Shown one piece after another: positions 38,162-47,880 of a stretch of DNA of 64,000 bases; the stretch's first letter is position 1, and the number at the start of each line of letters is the position of its first letter. Location of the stretch: the NCBI GenBank assembly GCA_964623775.1, contig CAZUVH010000001.1, positions 284,784 through 348,783 of the forward strand, in the 5' to 3' direction. Position numbers and translations under genes: made by a program. The DNA is from an uncultured Candidatus Saccharibacteria bacterium (lineage in GTDB: Bacteria > Patescibacteriota > Minisyncoccia > Phycocordibacterales > UBA2100). The notes beneath the pieces were generated by a model. That model made no database searches, had not been told where the DNA came from, and saw nothing but the letters and a program-made list of their open reading frames with translations.

Positions 38162-39199
38162 TTATCGGCTTTCCTTCCTCAGCCTCTCGTAGTCCGATTT
38201 TGCCATCATTTGTACGAGCTCCTCAAAAGAGGTTTTTGGCTTCCATCCCAATTTTTTCGCAGCTTTTGAAGGGTCACCACGGAGCCAATTAACTTCACGC
38301 GGACGGTAGAATTTTTTATCTATTGAGAGAATCGTGCTGCCTTTCTCGTCGACGCCGATCTCCTTGAGCCCCGACCCCTTCCATGTAATTTTCATATCAA
38401 GCGCCCGTGCTGTGGCTTCGACGAACTCCCTGACCGTGTGCGAAACTCCGGTAGCGATCACAAAATCATCCGGCTTTTTTTGCTGCAGCATCAGGTGCAT
38501 CATCTGCACATAGTCGCCGGCAAAACCCCAGTCCCGCTTCGCTTCGAGATTGCCAAGGGCAAAACTTTTTTGAAGCCCTAACTTTATTTTTGCGAGCGAA
38601 ATAGTGATTTTACGAGTCACAAAATGCTCTCCGCGTCGGGGAGACTCGTGATTGAAAAGAATGCCCGAGCAAATGTAGAGCCCGTGCTTTTCCCGGTACG
38701 AGACGACAAAGTCTTCATGTGCCTTTAGCTTCGCCTCACCGTATGGTGATACGGGTACAAATGGTGATTTTTCATTTTGTGGAGGTGGGGTCGATCCGTA
38801 CATTTCACTCGTCGAAGCTTGGTATATACGTGCTCTCGGCACAATTTTCATCGCTTCATGCACGAGACGTCCAAGTCCGAAATAATCTATCTCGAGCGTT
38901 TCCTCCGGACAAAGAAAGGAAATACCGACATCAGACTGAGCGGCCAGATTGTAGATCTCATCAGGCTTCGATGTCTCCAATGCTCTCGCCAAAGATGCGC
39001 TATCGCGTAAGTTGCCATAGCAAAGATGAAATTTTTTTGACGGTATCAGGGTGCGAAGCCGGGAAGTCGGATCCGAACTCGATCGCCGGAGCAATCCCCA
39101 GACCTCGTACCCGAGCGAAAGCAAGTGCTCAGCAAGATACGAACCATCTTGACCGGTAATACCGGTAATCAGCGCCCGTTTCTGCTTTTTAGACCTCAT
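38162..39199 (-). CDS. gmd: GDP-mannose 4,6-dehydratase
   Basis: ALITGITGQDGSYL, YNLAAQS, YQASTSE, GILFNHESPRRG, FVTRKI, RDWG; start at ATG 39199. Confidence 0.95.
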   Translation of the reverse strand: MRSKKQKRALITGITGQDGSYLAEHLLSLGYEVWGLLRRSSSDPTSRLRTLIPSKKFHLCYGNLRDSASLARALETSKPDEIYNLAAQSDVGISFLCPEETLEIDYFGLGRLVHEAMKIVPRARIYQASTSEMYGSTPPPQNEKSPFVPVSPYGEAKLKAHEDFVVSYREKHGLYICSGILFNHESPRRGEHFVTRKITISLAKIKLGLQKSFALGNLEAKRDWGFAGDYVQMMHLMLQQKKPDDFVIATGVSHTVREFVEATARALDMKITWKGSGLKEIGVDEKGSTILSIDKKFYRPREVNWLRGDPSKAAKKLGWKPKTSFEELVQMMAKSDYERLRKESR

Positions 39200-39236
39200 G
39201 ACTGCGGATTTTATCTTGCGCGACCCTATTTCGCAA

Positions 39237-39354
39237 CGACCAATTTTTCTTGCCCGTACTCGGGCATAGAAACAATGGAAGTACTCTTGTGGTGCGACCA
39301 ATTTTTCTTAGGGCTTTGCCCTTAGAAACAATGGAAGTGCCCTTGTGGCGCGAC
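39237..39354. repeat. Tandem 56-58 bp REP-like hairpin repeat (2 units) with variable palindromic cores
   Basis: CGACCAATTTTTCTT-[palindrome]-TAGAAACAATGGAAGT..CTTGTGG.G repeated at 39237 and 39295. Confidence 0.8.
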
Positions 39355-40529
39355 TACTCCTTGATCAGATTTTGGTAAAAACTGAGCCACTCCGCACTTC
39401 GTTCAGCACCTCTCATTGTGGCGAGTGTTGCCTTGCCGCCATTTTGCAGCCGTTGGCATAGATCTGGATCTCGCATCACGTCTTCGATTCCCCCCGCAAG
39501 TGCGTGTGGGTCCTCTGGTCTTACAAGATACGCATTCTCGCCATGAGTCAGAAAATCTGTGAGCGCGTCCACGCGAGAGGCGATCACGGGCTTATTCATC
39601 TCAAACGCTTCGAGCGGGACGAGTCCGTACCCTTCGTATCTCGAAGGCACTATGATAAGTGAGCTTTTCTCAAATACGCTTTTTAGATCCGTATTCGAAG
39701 GAACTCTGCCGAGAAAGACGACACGATCGCGTATATCAAGTGAATCGACAAGATGCGCGAACTCGTCTGTTTCGATGAGTGAAGATGAGCTTACAAAAAC
39801 GAATTTCGGGAGCACCTCGCGTGAGACATGTGGTATCGCGCGAAGAAGTATGTCCCACCCCTTACGCGGTTTCATCTGGCCGACGAAAAGCCCGTATGAT
39901 TCCTGCGGAAGTCGTCCGACAATCCCGCTGGGTACCTCGGTTGTTTCCCAGCGTTGCTCGTCAGCCACCAAGGGGATATAGCGGGCATTTTTGATCCCGA
40001 GTTCTTGAGCGATTGGTATGTTGTGTTTGGAATAAAAAACCACCGCGTCGGCATGCATGAGCGGCCAGTGGAAAAAATAACTACGCCACGCCTTAAAAGC
40101 GAATCGTTTCGGGACGCGCTCGTATGCGATGGGCTTTCCGAGCGGATCGTCACGATCCTCGACAAGGTAGTGGTCGTGAAGAAGCCCAGCTTCGGTGAAA
40201 GCGACCGGAATTCCAAAAATTTTTGCAAGCATTGCCGCAACGACACCGACCCTGTTGTTACGCAGCATGTGGACGTGAACAGCATCCGGGCGCTCCGTAA
40301 TCATGAGCACTACCACACGCAGCACGCCAGAAAGAAAACTGCGATATTTATGTACATGTACGCCTGACACTGTAGAGTTGGGCATCTCACCTTTTTCCAT
40401 CCGAGCGATTCCCAGCACCCGCCAGCCGTTCTTGGCCAGCATCCTGCTCAGGATGAATTCCGGAAACATCGTGAGGCGATCGTTGAAACCATAGGGGATC
40501 ACGACGAGGATGGTTGGTTGTTTCGTCAT
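39354..40529 (-). CDS. Glycosyltransferase family 4
   Basis: FVGQMKPRKG, PSRYEGYGLVPLEA; ATGA overlap with upstream gene. Confidence 0.85.
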   Translation of the reverse strand: MTKQPTILVVIPYGFNDRLTMFPEFILSRMLAKNGWRVLGIARMEKGEMPNSTVSGVHVHKYRSFLSGVLRVVVLMITERPDAVHVHMLRNNRVGVVAAMLAKIFGIPVAFTEAGLLHDHYLVEDRDDPLGKPIAYERVPKRFAFKAWRSYFFHWPLMHADAVVFYSKHNIPIAQELGIKNARYIPLVADEQRWETTEVPSGIVGRLPQESYGLFVGQMKPRKGWDILLRAIPHVSREVLPKFVFVSSSSLIETDEFAHLVDSLDIRDRVVFLGRVPSNTDLKSVFEKSSLIIVPSRYEGYGLVPLEAFEMNKPVIASRVDALTDFLTHGENAYLVRPEDPHALAGGIEDVMRDPDLCQRLQNGGKATLATMRGAERSAEWLSFYQNLIKE

Positions 40530-41302
40530 GGTTTTACACAAAACACATTAACAGACCCCTCTTTTTCAGGATACTTTCGTATCGAGTCCGCGTAGGGCTT
40601 TTTCAAGACGATCGGTCCCGTGTCCGTGATGACGTGGAGCTGATAGCCATATCTGTCAAAAATATCCAAAAATGCCTCGGGCGTTTTGCCCGAGCGCGAA
40701 AGCGCCGACGGATTATACTCACACACAATACTGGGCGAATCGGTGCGCAATGTCTCTTGCATGCCTTCAAGCGCGCTCCACTCGCCACCCTCTATATCCA
40801 TCTTTATGAGGTGTATTCTTCGGATGCCGTGTTTCCTTTTGAAGATATCAAGCGTTGTGCCCCTCACTGTCGTATGGGTCGCATTATCGGCGCCGACTGT
40901 GGTATGGCAGCCAGTTGACCCCACGACGTGAAAAAAGGAAATCGGCCCCTCTTTTGAAGTGAGCGCCTCGGGAATGGTTTCAACAGTACTAAATCGCGCT
41001 GTATTTTTACGCAGAAGAGCGAGATTTTCCGTGTCGGGTTCAAAGGCATATACTCGACCTTTTGAGCCGACTCGAGTCGCCATGAGCCGAGTGAAGTAGC
41101 CAATGTGCGCCCCCGCATCGACAACCACCATACCTTCTTTGGTAATGCGACGTAAAAGTCGCGATGTCCCGCGTTCGTATGAACCACTGAGCATCTCCCA
41201 CTTCCATCGCCAGCTGAATTTTTTTGGAAACGAAAAGCCTGCGAATGTCGCCAAGAGTGAGACAACGCCCGATATGAAAAGTTTCGCGACGAAGCGCATC
41301 AT
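40526..41302 (-). CDS. FkbM family methyltransferase
   Basis: DAGAHIGYF, YAFEP, IKMDIEGGE. Confidence 0.85.
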   Translation of the reverse strand: MMRFVAKLFISGVVSLLATFAGFSFPKKFSWRWKWEMLSGSYERGTSRLLRRITKEGMVVVDAGAHIGYFTRLMATRVGSKGRVYAFEPDTENLALLRKNTARFSTVETIPEALTSKEGPISFFHVVGSTGCHTTVGADNATHTTVRGTTLDIFKRKHGIRRIHLIKMDIEGGEWSALEGMQETLRTDSPSIVCEYNPSALSRSGKTPEAFLDIFDRYGYQLHVITDTGPIVLKKPYADSIRKYPEKEGSVNVFCVKP

Positions 41303-41379
41303 GGTCATCTTACACGCGAAAACGGTATTTGACATCACTGGCGTTTCTTGGTTTTAAGTGATATTTTGCCCTCTATACC

Positions 41380-42183
41380 ATGGCAAAATCTGACTCAAAA
41401 GGGAGCATCAGCTGGGTAGCGGTATCCGGCGGTTTTGATCCGATCCATATCGGACATGTACGAATGTTAGAGGAGGCCAAAAAATTGGCGGATAAGCTCG
41501 TAGTCATAGTCAATAACGACAATTGGCTTCGCGACAAGAAAGGATACGTGTTCATGCCTCAAAAGGAGCGAGCCGAACTCATCAAATCGTTTCCGTTTGT
41601 AGATAAAGTGGTCGTAACCGATCACAAGAAAAACGATCCGGACAGGAGTGTGGTTCGCGCTCTCGCAAAAATAAAACCAGCGATATTTGCGAACGGGGGA
41701 GATCGAAAAGGTGTACAAGACATTCCTGAAGCACTCCTATGTAAAAAAATGGGCATCAAAATGGTTTTCAATGTCGGATATGGAGGCAAGGTGCAGTCGT
41801 CTTCTTGGATGATTAAAGACGTGAGTCGTAATTTCCTACGGAGCGTTCGTCCATGGGGAGAATTTTATAGCTGGGACAAAGGTGAGCAGTGGAATCTAAA
41901 AACGATCTACATACAGGCCGGCAAGCGACTCTCTCTCCAGTATCACAATCACCGCTCGGAGCTCTGGACACTCGTGCAGGGGGACGCGACTGCCACGATC
42001 GAAGCAAATGGTGAGCTCAAACGCATTCCGCTTATGGTCGGGCAGACCTTTGTCGTACCGAGTCGTGCCCATCATCGTCTCGAATCAAAAAAAGGCGGCA
42101 TACTTGTGGAAGTCGCGCTCGGAAATTTTGATGAAAACGATATTGTGCGCCTCCACGACGATCATGGTCGCACTGGAGCGTGA
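41380..42183 (+). CDS. Cytidylyltransferase-like domain fused to mannose-6-phosphate isomerase-type cupin
   Basis: SGGFDPIHIGH, FANGGDR, QSSSW; then RPWG, RLSLQYH.HRSE.W, DENDIVR..DD. Confidence 0.8.
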   Translation: MAKSDSKGSISWVAVSGGFDPIHIGHVRMLEEAKKLADKLVVIVNNDNWLRDKKGYVFMPQKERAELIKSFPFVDKVVVTDHKKNDPDRSVVRALAKIKPAIFANGGDRKGVQDIPEALLCKKMGIKMVFNVGYGGKVQSSSWMIKDVSRNFLRSVRPWGEFYSWDKGEQWNLKTIYIQAGKRLSLQYHNHRSELWTLVQGDATATIEANGELKRIPLMVGQTFVVPSRAHHRLESKKGGILVEVALGNFDENDIVRLHDDHGRTGA

Positions 42184-42274
42184 ACACCGTTTTGCCCCTT
42201 GATTTACGTTACGTTTGTGCCCTATTGACCCCGCGCATTTTTTGAACCAAGATGCACGTGTCAGGCCATATTTC

Positions 42275-43084
42275 ATGAAAAAAAGCGCTAAAATACCAGC
42301 CATTAAGGACATACCCGTAGTCATTTTCTGCGGAGGTAAGGGGACGCGCCTCCGAGAGGAGACTGAGATCATTCCAAAACCAATGGTGCGCATCGGTGAT
42401 AAACCGATCCTGTGGCACATTATGAAGATTTACTACACACAGGGATTTCGCAATTTTATTCTCTTGCTTGGATATAAAGGTGAAAAGATCAAGGATTATT
42501 TTTCAAACTACATGCTCTATGCGAGCGACCTGACGCTTTCGCGCGACGCATGGGGCATGGAAACGAGCTATCATAAAAAGCCGGCCGAAGACTGGCGCAT
42601 TACTTTTGTAGAAACCGGACCCGACACCATGACGGGGGGTCGATTGAAAAGAATAGAGTCTTTCATTCGGGCACCTTTTTTTATGCTCACATATGGTGAT
42701 GGTGTCGCCAACGTCAATTTGAAGGAGCTTATTAAAACGCATTCCGAAAAAGAAGCTCTGGTCACGATCACGGGAGTACATCCACCAGCGCGATTTGGAG
42801 AATTGCATATCGATGACGGGCACGTGGTTGCTTTCAATGAAAAACCAAAAACGGACGCGCTCATCAACGGAGGTTTTTTTGCTGTGGACCGCAAAGTCTT
42901 CAAGCACATACCAAAAGGAGATGAAATCAATTTTGAGATGGATGTACTGCCAGGCATCGCAAAGGATTCAAGAATGGCCGCGCATCGTCATGAAGACTAT
43001 TGGCAATGTATGGATACGATTCGTGACATGGAAGTGCTCAATGAGAAGTGGGCAAGTGGGAAGGCGCCCTGGAAAATATGGTAA
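42275..43084 (+). CDS. rfbF: Glucose-1-phosphate cytidylyltransferase
   Basis: CGGKGTRL.EET...PKPMV.IG..PILWHIMK, TMTGGRL, LTYGDG, WQCMDT, APWKIW. Confidence 0.9.
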   Translation: MKKSAKIPAIKDIPVVIFCGGKGTRLREETEIIPKPMVRIGDKPILWHIMKIYYTQGFRNFILLLGYKGEKIKDYFSNYMLYASDLTLSRDAWGMETSYHKKPAEDWRITFVETGPDTMTGGRLKRIESFIRAPFFMLTYGDGVANVNLKELIKTHSEKEALVTITGVHPPARFGELHIDDGHVVAFNEKPKTDALINGGFFAVDRKVFKHIPKGDEINFEMDVLPGIAKDSRMAAHRHEDYWQCMDTIRDMEVLNEKWASGKAPWKIW

Positions 43085-44043
43085 AAGATTTTTGGGCCGG
43101 TCGACGCGTGCTCGTGACCGGGGGCGCGGGATTCATCGGATACGCGCTCGCACGCAAACTCCTGGCATCGGGTGCCAAGGTCTCGATTCTTGATATACGA
43201 CCACTTCCTCCGTATGCGACCAAAGAAGAGAAAAAGAAATTCCACTTTGTACGCGGGAGCGTGACTTCGGAAAAGACGGTCGGCGCCATTCTAAAGAGCA
43301 AGAAGATACAGACCGTATTTCATTTGGCCGCGGAGGCGATCGTAGATCGAGCGCTCCACGACCCTGAAAACGCACTTGACTCAAATATTCGCGGGACATG
43401 GGTGCTTCTTGAGAGCGTCCGACAATCGAGGGGTGTGGAAGATATTGTTATCGCGTCCTCTGATCACGTGTACGGAACTGATGCAAAGCCCCCGTTCCAC
43501 GAGAGCTCTCCGCTCGGGGGGAGTAGTCCATACGATATATCAAAAAGTTGCACAGATTTGATCGCAAAGATGTATGCGAAGACGTTCGGGCTACCCATTG
43601 TGATTGCACGCTGCGGCAACGTTTTTGGGCCCGGGGACATGAATTGGACGAGGCTCATACCCGATGCACTGCGCTCACTCTCAAGTGGTAAGCCGCTACA
43701 ACTCCGCAGCAATGGGAAGTTTTCCCGCGACTATGTGTATATCGATGATGTTGTCGATGCGTATATCGCGCTTGCGCGAAATCTTCGGAAGAAGAATTTA
43801 CATGGCGAAGCATTCAACTTTGCCTTTGGAAAACCACTTTCGGTAAAAGCCGTCCTACGGCACATCAAAGAGGGCGCAGGACGATCGGTCCCTTTTACGA
43901 TTGCGAATACCGCACGGCACGAAATCAAGTCGTTGCATTTGGATTCCACAAAAGCAAAACGCATCCTTTCGTGGGCACCTTCCGTATCACGAGAAGAGGG
44001 CTTTAGACGGACTATTGCGTGGTATGCTGATTTCTTCAGTTAG
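43078..44043 (+). CDS. CDP-glucose 4,6-dehydratase-like NAD-dependent epimerase/dehydratase
   Basis: FWAGRRVLVTGGAGFIG, SSD..YG, PYDISK, GNVFGPGD....RLIP; follows rfbF. Confidence 0.8.
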   Translation: MVKDFWAGRRVLVTGGAGFIGYALARKLLASGAKVSILDIRPLPPYATKEEKKKFHFVRGSVTSEKTVGAILKSKKIQTVFHLAAEAIVDRALHDPENALDSNIRGTWVLLESVRQSRGVEDIVIASSDHVYGTDAKPPFHESSPLGGSSPYDISKSCTDLIAKMYAKTFGLPIVIARCGNVFGPGDMNWTRLIPDALRSLSSGKPLQLRSNGKFSRDYVYIDDVVDAYIALARNLRKKNLHGEAFNFAFGKPLSVKAVLRHIKEGAGRSVPFTIANTARHEIKSLHLDSTKAKRILSWAPSVSREEGFRRTIAWYADFFS

Positions 44044-44046
44044 ACC

Positions 44047-44742
44047 ATGAGCAGAACGGAACTATCCATCGTCCTCCCCGCATACAACGAATCCGAGCAT
44101 CTTCTGAATGTCGTCAGCGAAATGGCGAGTGTGTTCAATGCGTCAGGGATCTCGTATGAAATTCGTGTCGTGGATAATGGCTCGACTGATTCCACCGAAG
44201 AAGTCATCAAGAAAATCGAAGCAGAAAACCCACACGTCTCCCATCTTCATTTGGAAAAGAATCGCCACTACGGCGGCGGGATCCTTGCGGGACTTGAGGG
44301 CGCAAAAGGTGAGGTGGTTGGGTGGGCGGATGCGGATGGGCAGGTAGACCCAAGGACTATTGTGCAGCTATACAAGGAGATGCGTGAAAAGGGGCTTGAA
44401 TTGGGAAAAGCCGTGCGCGTCGTGCGGCCCGAGGCGCTCGGTAGACGCATCCAGACGAAAGTCTACAACATACTTTTTCGAATTTTTTTCCTCACTTCGT
44501 ATACCGATATGAATGCAAAGCCAAAATTACTTACTCGCAGAGCTGTAGACATCTTGCAGTTACAATCGCACGATTTCTTTCTCGATCCCGAATTCGTGAT
44601 AAAAGCTCTCAGGAATCATGTGCCGATATGCGAGGTTCCCACTGTATGGCGAGAGCGTCAGAGCGGGCGGACCCGTATCCACGTATTGGCCGCACTTCAA
44701 TTTTTGAAATCAATGGTGGTGTATCGGCTCGGATTGAAGTAA
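44047..44742 (+). CDS. Glycosyltransferase family 2 (polyprenol-phosphate sugar synthase-like)
   Basis: SIVLPAYNE, VDNGSTD, DADGQ. Confidence 0.85.
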   Translation: MSRTELSIVLPAYNESEHLLNVVSEMASVFNASGISYEIRVVDNGSTDSTEEVIKKIEAENPHVSHLHLEKNRHYGGGILAGLEGAKGEVVGWADADGQVDPRTIVQLYKEMREKGLELGKAVRVVRPEALGRRIQTKVYNILFRIFFLTSYTDMNAKPKLLTRRAVDILQLQSHDFFLDPEFVIKALRNHVPICEVPTVWRERQSGRTRIHVLAALQFLKSMVVYRLGLK

Positions 44743-44760
44743 TATAGTGATCCAATACAT

Positions 44761-46035
44761 ATGAAATATCCAGCGCACCACTTCGTAAAAACCGGACACA
44801 TCACGCATTGCCAGGTATGCAATGGCAAAAAGCTTCACACCATTTTGGATCTCGGTCACCAGCCACTGTGCGACACGCTTCTTACGGAAAAGACGCTCCA
44901 TGAGCCCGAAAAGACATATCCGCTCCGCATGATCTGGTGCGAGAGCTGCACCAACGTCCAGATTGATTACTGCGTCGACGGAAAAGAGGTCTACCACCCG
45001 AAGTATCCTTATAAAAGCGGTGTCACCAAAGAGCTCGTCGCATACCAAGTCAAAATAGCGGAAGGTCTCATCAAAAAATTCGGGTTGAAAAAAGGCGACC
45101 TCGTCGTTGATGTCGGATCCAATGACGGGACGCTTCTCAGTGGTTTCAGGGGCACGGGCGTCAAATTTCTCGGTGTTGAGCCTACTGATATCGCAAAAAT
45201 TGCACGAAAGAACGGTATTCCGACGGTGCAAGCCTTTTTCGACATTAAAACTGCGCGTGAAATAAAGAAAAAGCATGGGCCCGCGTCGGTTGTCGTGACG
45301 ACAAACACGTTTGCTCACATGCAGACACTCGGCGAATTTATCATGGGTGCCCACACGCTCCTTAAGAACGATGGCGTGTTCGTCGCCGAGACACATTATC
45401 TTCTCAACGTCATTGAAGGCGGACAGTTCGATACGATCTATCACGAACACTTGCGCACCTATTGCCTGCGCTCCCTCGTGAGGCTTTTTGATCAATACGA
45501 TTTCACCGTGATCGACGTCGAGCGGGGAGACAGATATGGCGGCAATATCCGCGTGTACGTGCAGAAGGGTAAGGGAAGAAAGGTCTCAAAGGCAGTCGAA
45601 GATTTGCTTGCTCTTGAGAAAAAGTCCGGTCTAGACAAGCTTTCCACCTACACCGTTTTCGCCGATCGCGTGAAAAAGGCGCGGCTGCATTTCATGGACT
45701 TTCTGATTCAGACAAAAGGGGCTGGGAAATCAATTGTAGGCAACTCATGTCCTGGCCGGTGCGCGACACTCCTTAATTATTACGGTGTCGACCGCGAAAT
45801 GATCCCGTATCTCGCGGAACAGCCTGCCTCGCTGAAGCTCGGGCACTATGCCCCCGGCACACACATACCAGTCGTTAATAATCAACGTCTTATCGACGAG
45901 CAACCTGATTACGTAGTGCTCATGGCATGGCACTATGCGCAGCCGATCATGGAACAATTGAAGGCACGCGGACTCCGGTCAGATTTTGTCATCCCACTGC
46001 CTGATTTTCGCATTGTGAAAAATTCGGAAGTATAG
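44761..46035 (+). CDS. NDP-hexose C-methyltransferase
   Basis: CQVC, DLGHQPL, C..C..VQ, DVGSNDG, FDTIYHEH, GGNIR, MAWHY. Confidence 0.85.
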   Translation: MKYPAHHFVKTGHITHCQVCNGKKLHTILDLGHQPLCDTLLTEKTLHEPEKTYPLRMIWCESCTNVQIDYCVDGKEVYHPKYPYKSGVTKELVAYQVKIAEGLIKKFGLKKGDLVVDVGSNDGTLLSGFRGTGVKFLGVEPTDIAKIARKNGIPTVQAFFDIKTAREIKKKHGPASVVVTTNTFAHMQTLGEFIMGAHTLLKNDGVFVAETHYLLNVIEGGQFDTIYHEHLRTYCLRSLVRLFDQYDFTVIDVERGDRYGGNIRVYVQKGKGRKVSKAVEDLLALEKKSGLDKLSTYTVFADRVKKARLHFMDFLIQTKGAGKSIVGNSCPGRCATLLNYYGVDREMIPYLAEQPASLKLGHYAPGTHIPVVNNQRLIDEQPDYVVLMAWHYAQPIMEQLKARGLRSDFVIPLPDFRIVKNSEV

Positions 46036-46042
46036 TGTCAGT

Positions 46043-46966
46043 ATGGCGAGTATCCGTGTTGCCGTGCTCGGCGCGAGCGGTATCGGAAGATTCCATGTCA
46101 GGGAATTTTTGCGCGCAGGCACCGATGTTGTTTCTATTCTCGGGAGTTCCTCCGAGAGCGCGCAAAATACTGCTACTGCGATTGCGAAGGAATTTGGTAC
46201 GCACCCTCGCGCGTATTCAGATCTCGACACGCTTCTCGAAGAGGAGAAACTCGATGCGGTTTCGATTTGTACTCCGCCACGCCTACATTTTGAGCAGATT
46301 AAACAGTGTCTAAATGCGAAGCTGCATGTTCTTTGCGAGAAGCCCCTTGTGTACGATGGATCGTCCGATACGGGTCCGCAGATCGAAAAACTCTTTCGTC
46401 TCGCGCAGAATCAAGACCGTATTCTTTCCGTAAACACCCAATGGCCCTCGGTTCTCCCGGTGGTATCGCAGTTTGTTGATCTTTCGGATGTGAAAAGTTT
46501 TTCATTTTCATCGCAGCCTGGTGAAGCGGGCGTTGAAATGCTTTTCGATCATCTGCCCCATGCGAATAGCATGCTTGTAAAAATGATTCCAAGAGGTCGA
46601 GTTGCCGATATCTCTTTCGAGATGAAATCATCTAAGGCTATATCGGTTTCGTTCGACTACCATGCAGACGGTTCGGTGTGTCATGTGAGCTATTTATTCC
46701 AGTTCAAAAAAGAGAGACCACGTGATCTTGCGTTTGCTATCAACGACGTGACGTTTGAGCGAGAAATCAAGGGAGGGTATTCGCAGGCGCTCGTAGTAAA
46801 CGGGGAAGCAGTCGCGATAGAAGATCCGTTCAAAACGTCCATCAGTAAATTCGTGAGCGCGATACAAGGAGAAGGAGCGCCCCTCGTTAGCGAGAGGGAA
46901 ATTATTGAGAATGCACACCTACAAGATGCCCTTGTGGCTGCATTCATGACACAATTTGACCAATAG
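46043..46966 (+). CDS. Gfo/Idh/MocA family oxidoreductase
   Basis: GASGIG, DAVSICTP..LH, HVLCEKP. Confidence 0.85.
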   Translation: MASIRVAVLGASGIGRFHVREFLRAGTDVVSILGSSSESAQNTATAIAKEFGTHPRAYSDLDTLLEEEKLDAVSICTPPRLHFEQIKQCLNAKLHVLCEKPLVYDGSSDTGPQIEKLFRLAQNQDRILSVNTQWPSVLPVVSQFVDLSDVKSFSFSSQPGEAGVEMLFDHLPHANSMLVKMIPRGRVADISFEMKSSKAISVSFDYHADGSVCHVSYLFQFKKERPRDLAFAINDVTFEREIKGGYSQALVVNGEAVAIEDPFKTSISKFVSAIQGEGAPLVSEREIIENAHLQDALVAAFMTQFDQ

Positions 46967-47005
46967 TGAATCGGCGATGATACTATTCGGACTTCACGCA
47001 TTTTT

Positions 47006-47863
47006 ATGACCATCACACCCGAGTTGGAAAAAATCCTTGCATGTCCGCACTGCCGTGCCCGCCTACAGACATCCGCAGCAAGTTATATATGCAACACGTG
47101 CGGCAAGGAATATCGAAAGGCGGCGAGTCAGGCCATTTTTGAGACAATAAAATCGAGCGAAAGTAAGGAAGCGGGCGATACACTTTTTTTTACGGTCAAA
47201 AATTTCTTCAAGGCACACGTACCTTGGATTTTTCGGATGGTGTACGAGATCGTGGCGATCGACGTGGGGCCGAAGGCACGCAAACTCGTAGAAAAACTTC
47301 CGGAGAATGCCGTCATTGTAAATGTGGGTTCCGGCGTGAGACATGTCCATCCTCGCGTCATTAATCTCGACCTCAATATGGAGCAAGGCGTCGATCTCGT
47401 CGCAAGTGCGTACCAACTCCCATTCCAAAATGAAAGTGTGGATCTCGTGATCTCTGAGTCCATGCTTGAGCACCTCGAACATCCGGAAATTGCTGTTCAG
47501 GAAATGCATCGCGTTTTAAAGAAAAGTGGCAGAGTGTATATCCTGACACCCTTTATGGTCGGATTTCATTCCTCCCCGAACGATTTTTATCGGTGGACAA
47601 TTCCGGGTATGAAGATCTTTTTGAAGGACTTTGAGGTCACTGAGACGGGGGTTGCCGTGGGGCCGACGTGTGCCCTTACATGGATGATGCGTGAGTGGCT
47701 CGCGATCCTTCTCTCATTTGGTATCAGACCCCTCTACCAAGTATGGTCGCTCTTATTTTTGATACTTTTACTGCCTCTAAACGTCCTCGACCTAGTCCTT
47801 TCTCGGTACAGTTTTAGCTCCCAGATCGCAATGTCCTACTTTTGGATCGCGAGGAAGAAGTAG
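47006..47863 (+). CDS. Methyltransferase type 11 with Trm112-like N-terminus
   Basis: ILACPHC...C..C, NVGSG, MLEHL, H..P.DFYRW. Confidence 0.8.
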   Translation: MTITPELEKILACPHCRARLQTSAASYICNTCGKEYRKAASQAIFETIKSSESKEAGDTLFFTVKNFFKAHVPWIFRMVYEIVAIDVGPKARKLVEKLPENAVIVNVGSGVRHVHPRVINLDLNMEQGVDLVASAYQLPFQNESVDLVISESMLEHLEHPEIAVQEMHRVLKKSGRVYILTPFMVGFHSSPNDFYRWTIPGMKIFLKDFEVTETGVAVGPTCALTWMMREWLAILLSFGIRPLYQVWSLLFLILLLPLNVLDLVLSRYSFSSQIAMSYFWIARKK

Positions 47864-47880
47864 GGGTATAATGCGACATC

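Noticed and set aside
39237-39354. Mini CRISPR array
   Set aside because: Only two units, the variable parts are 13-15 nt palindromes, and there are no cas genes in the window.
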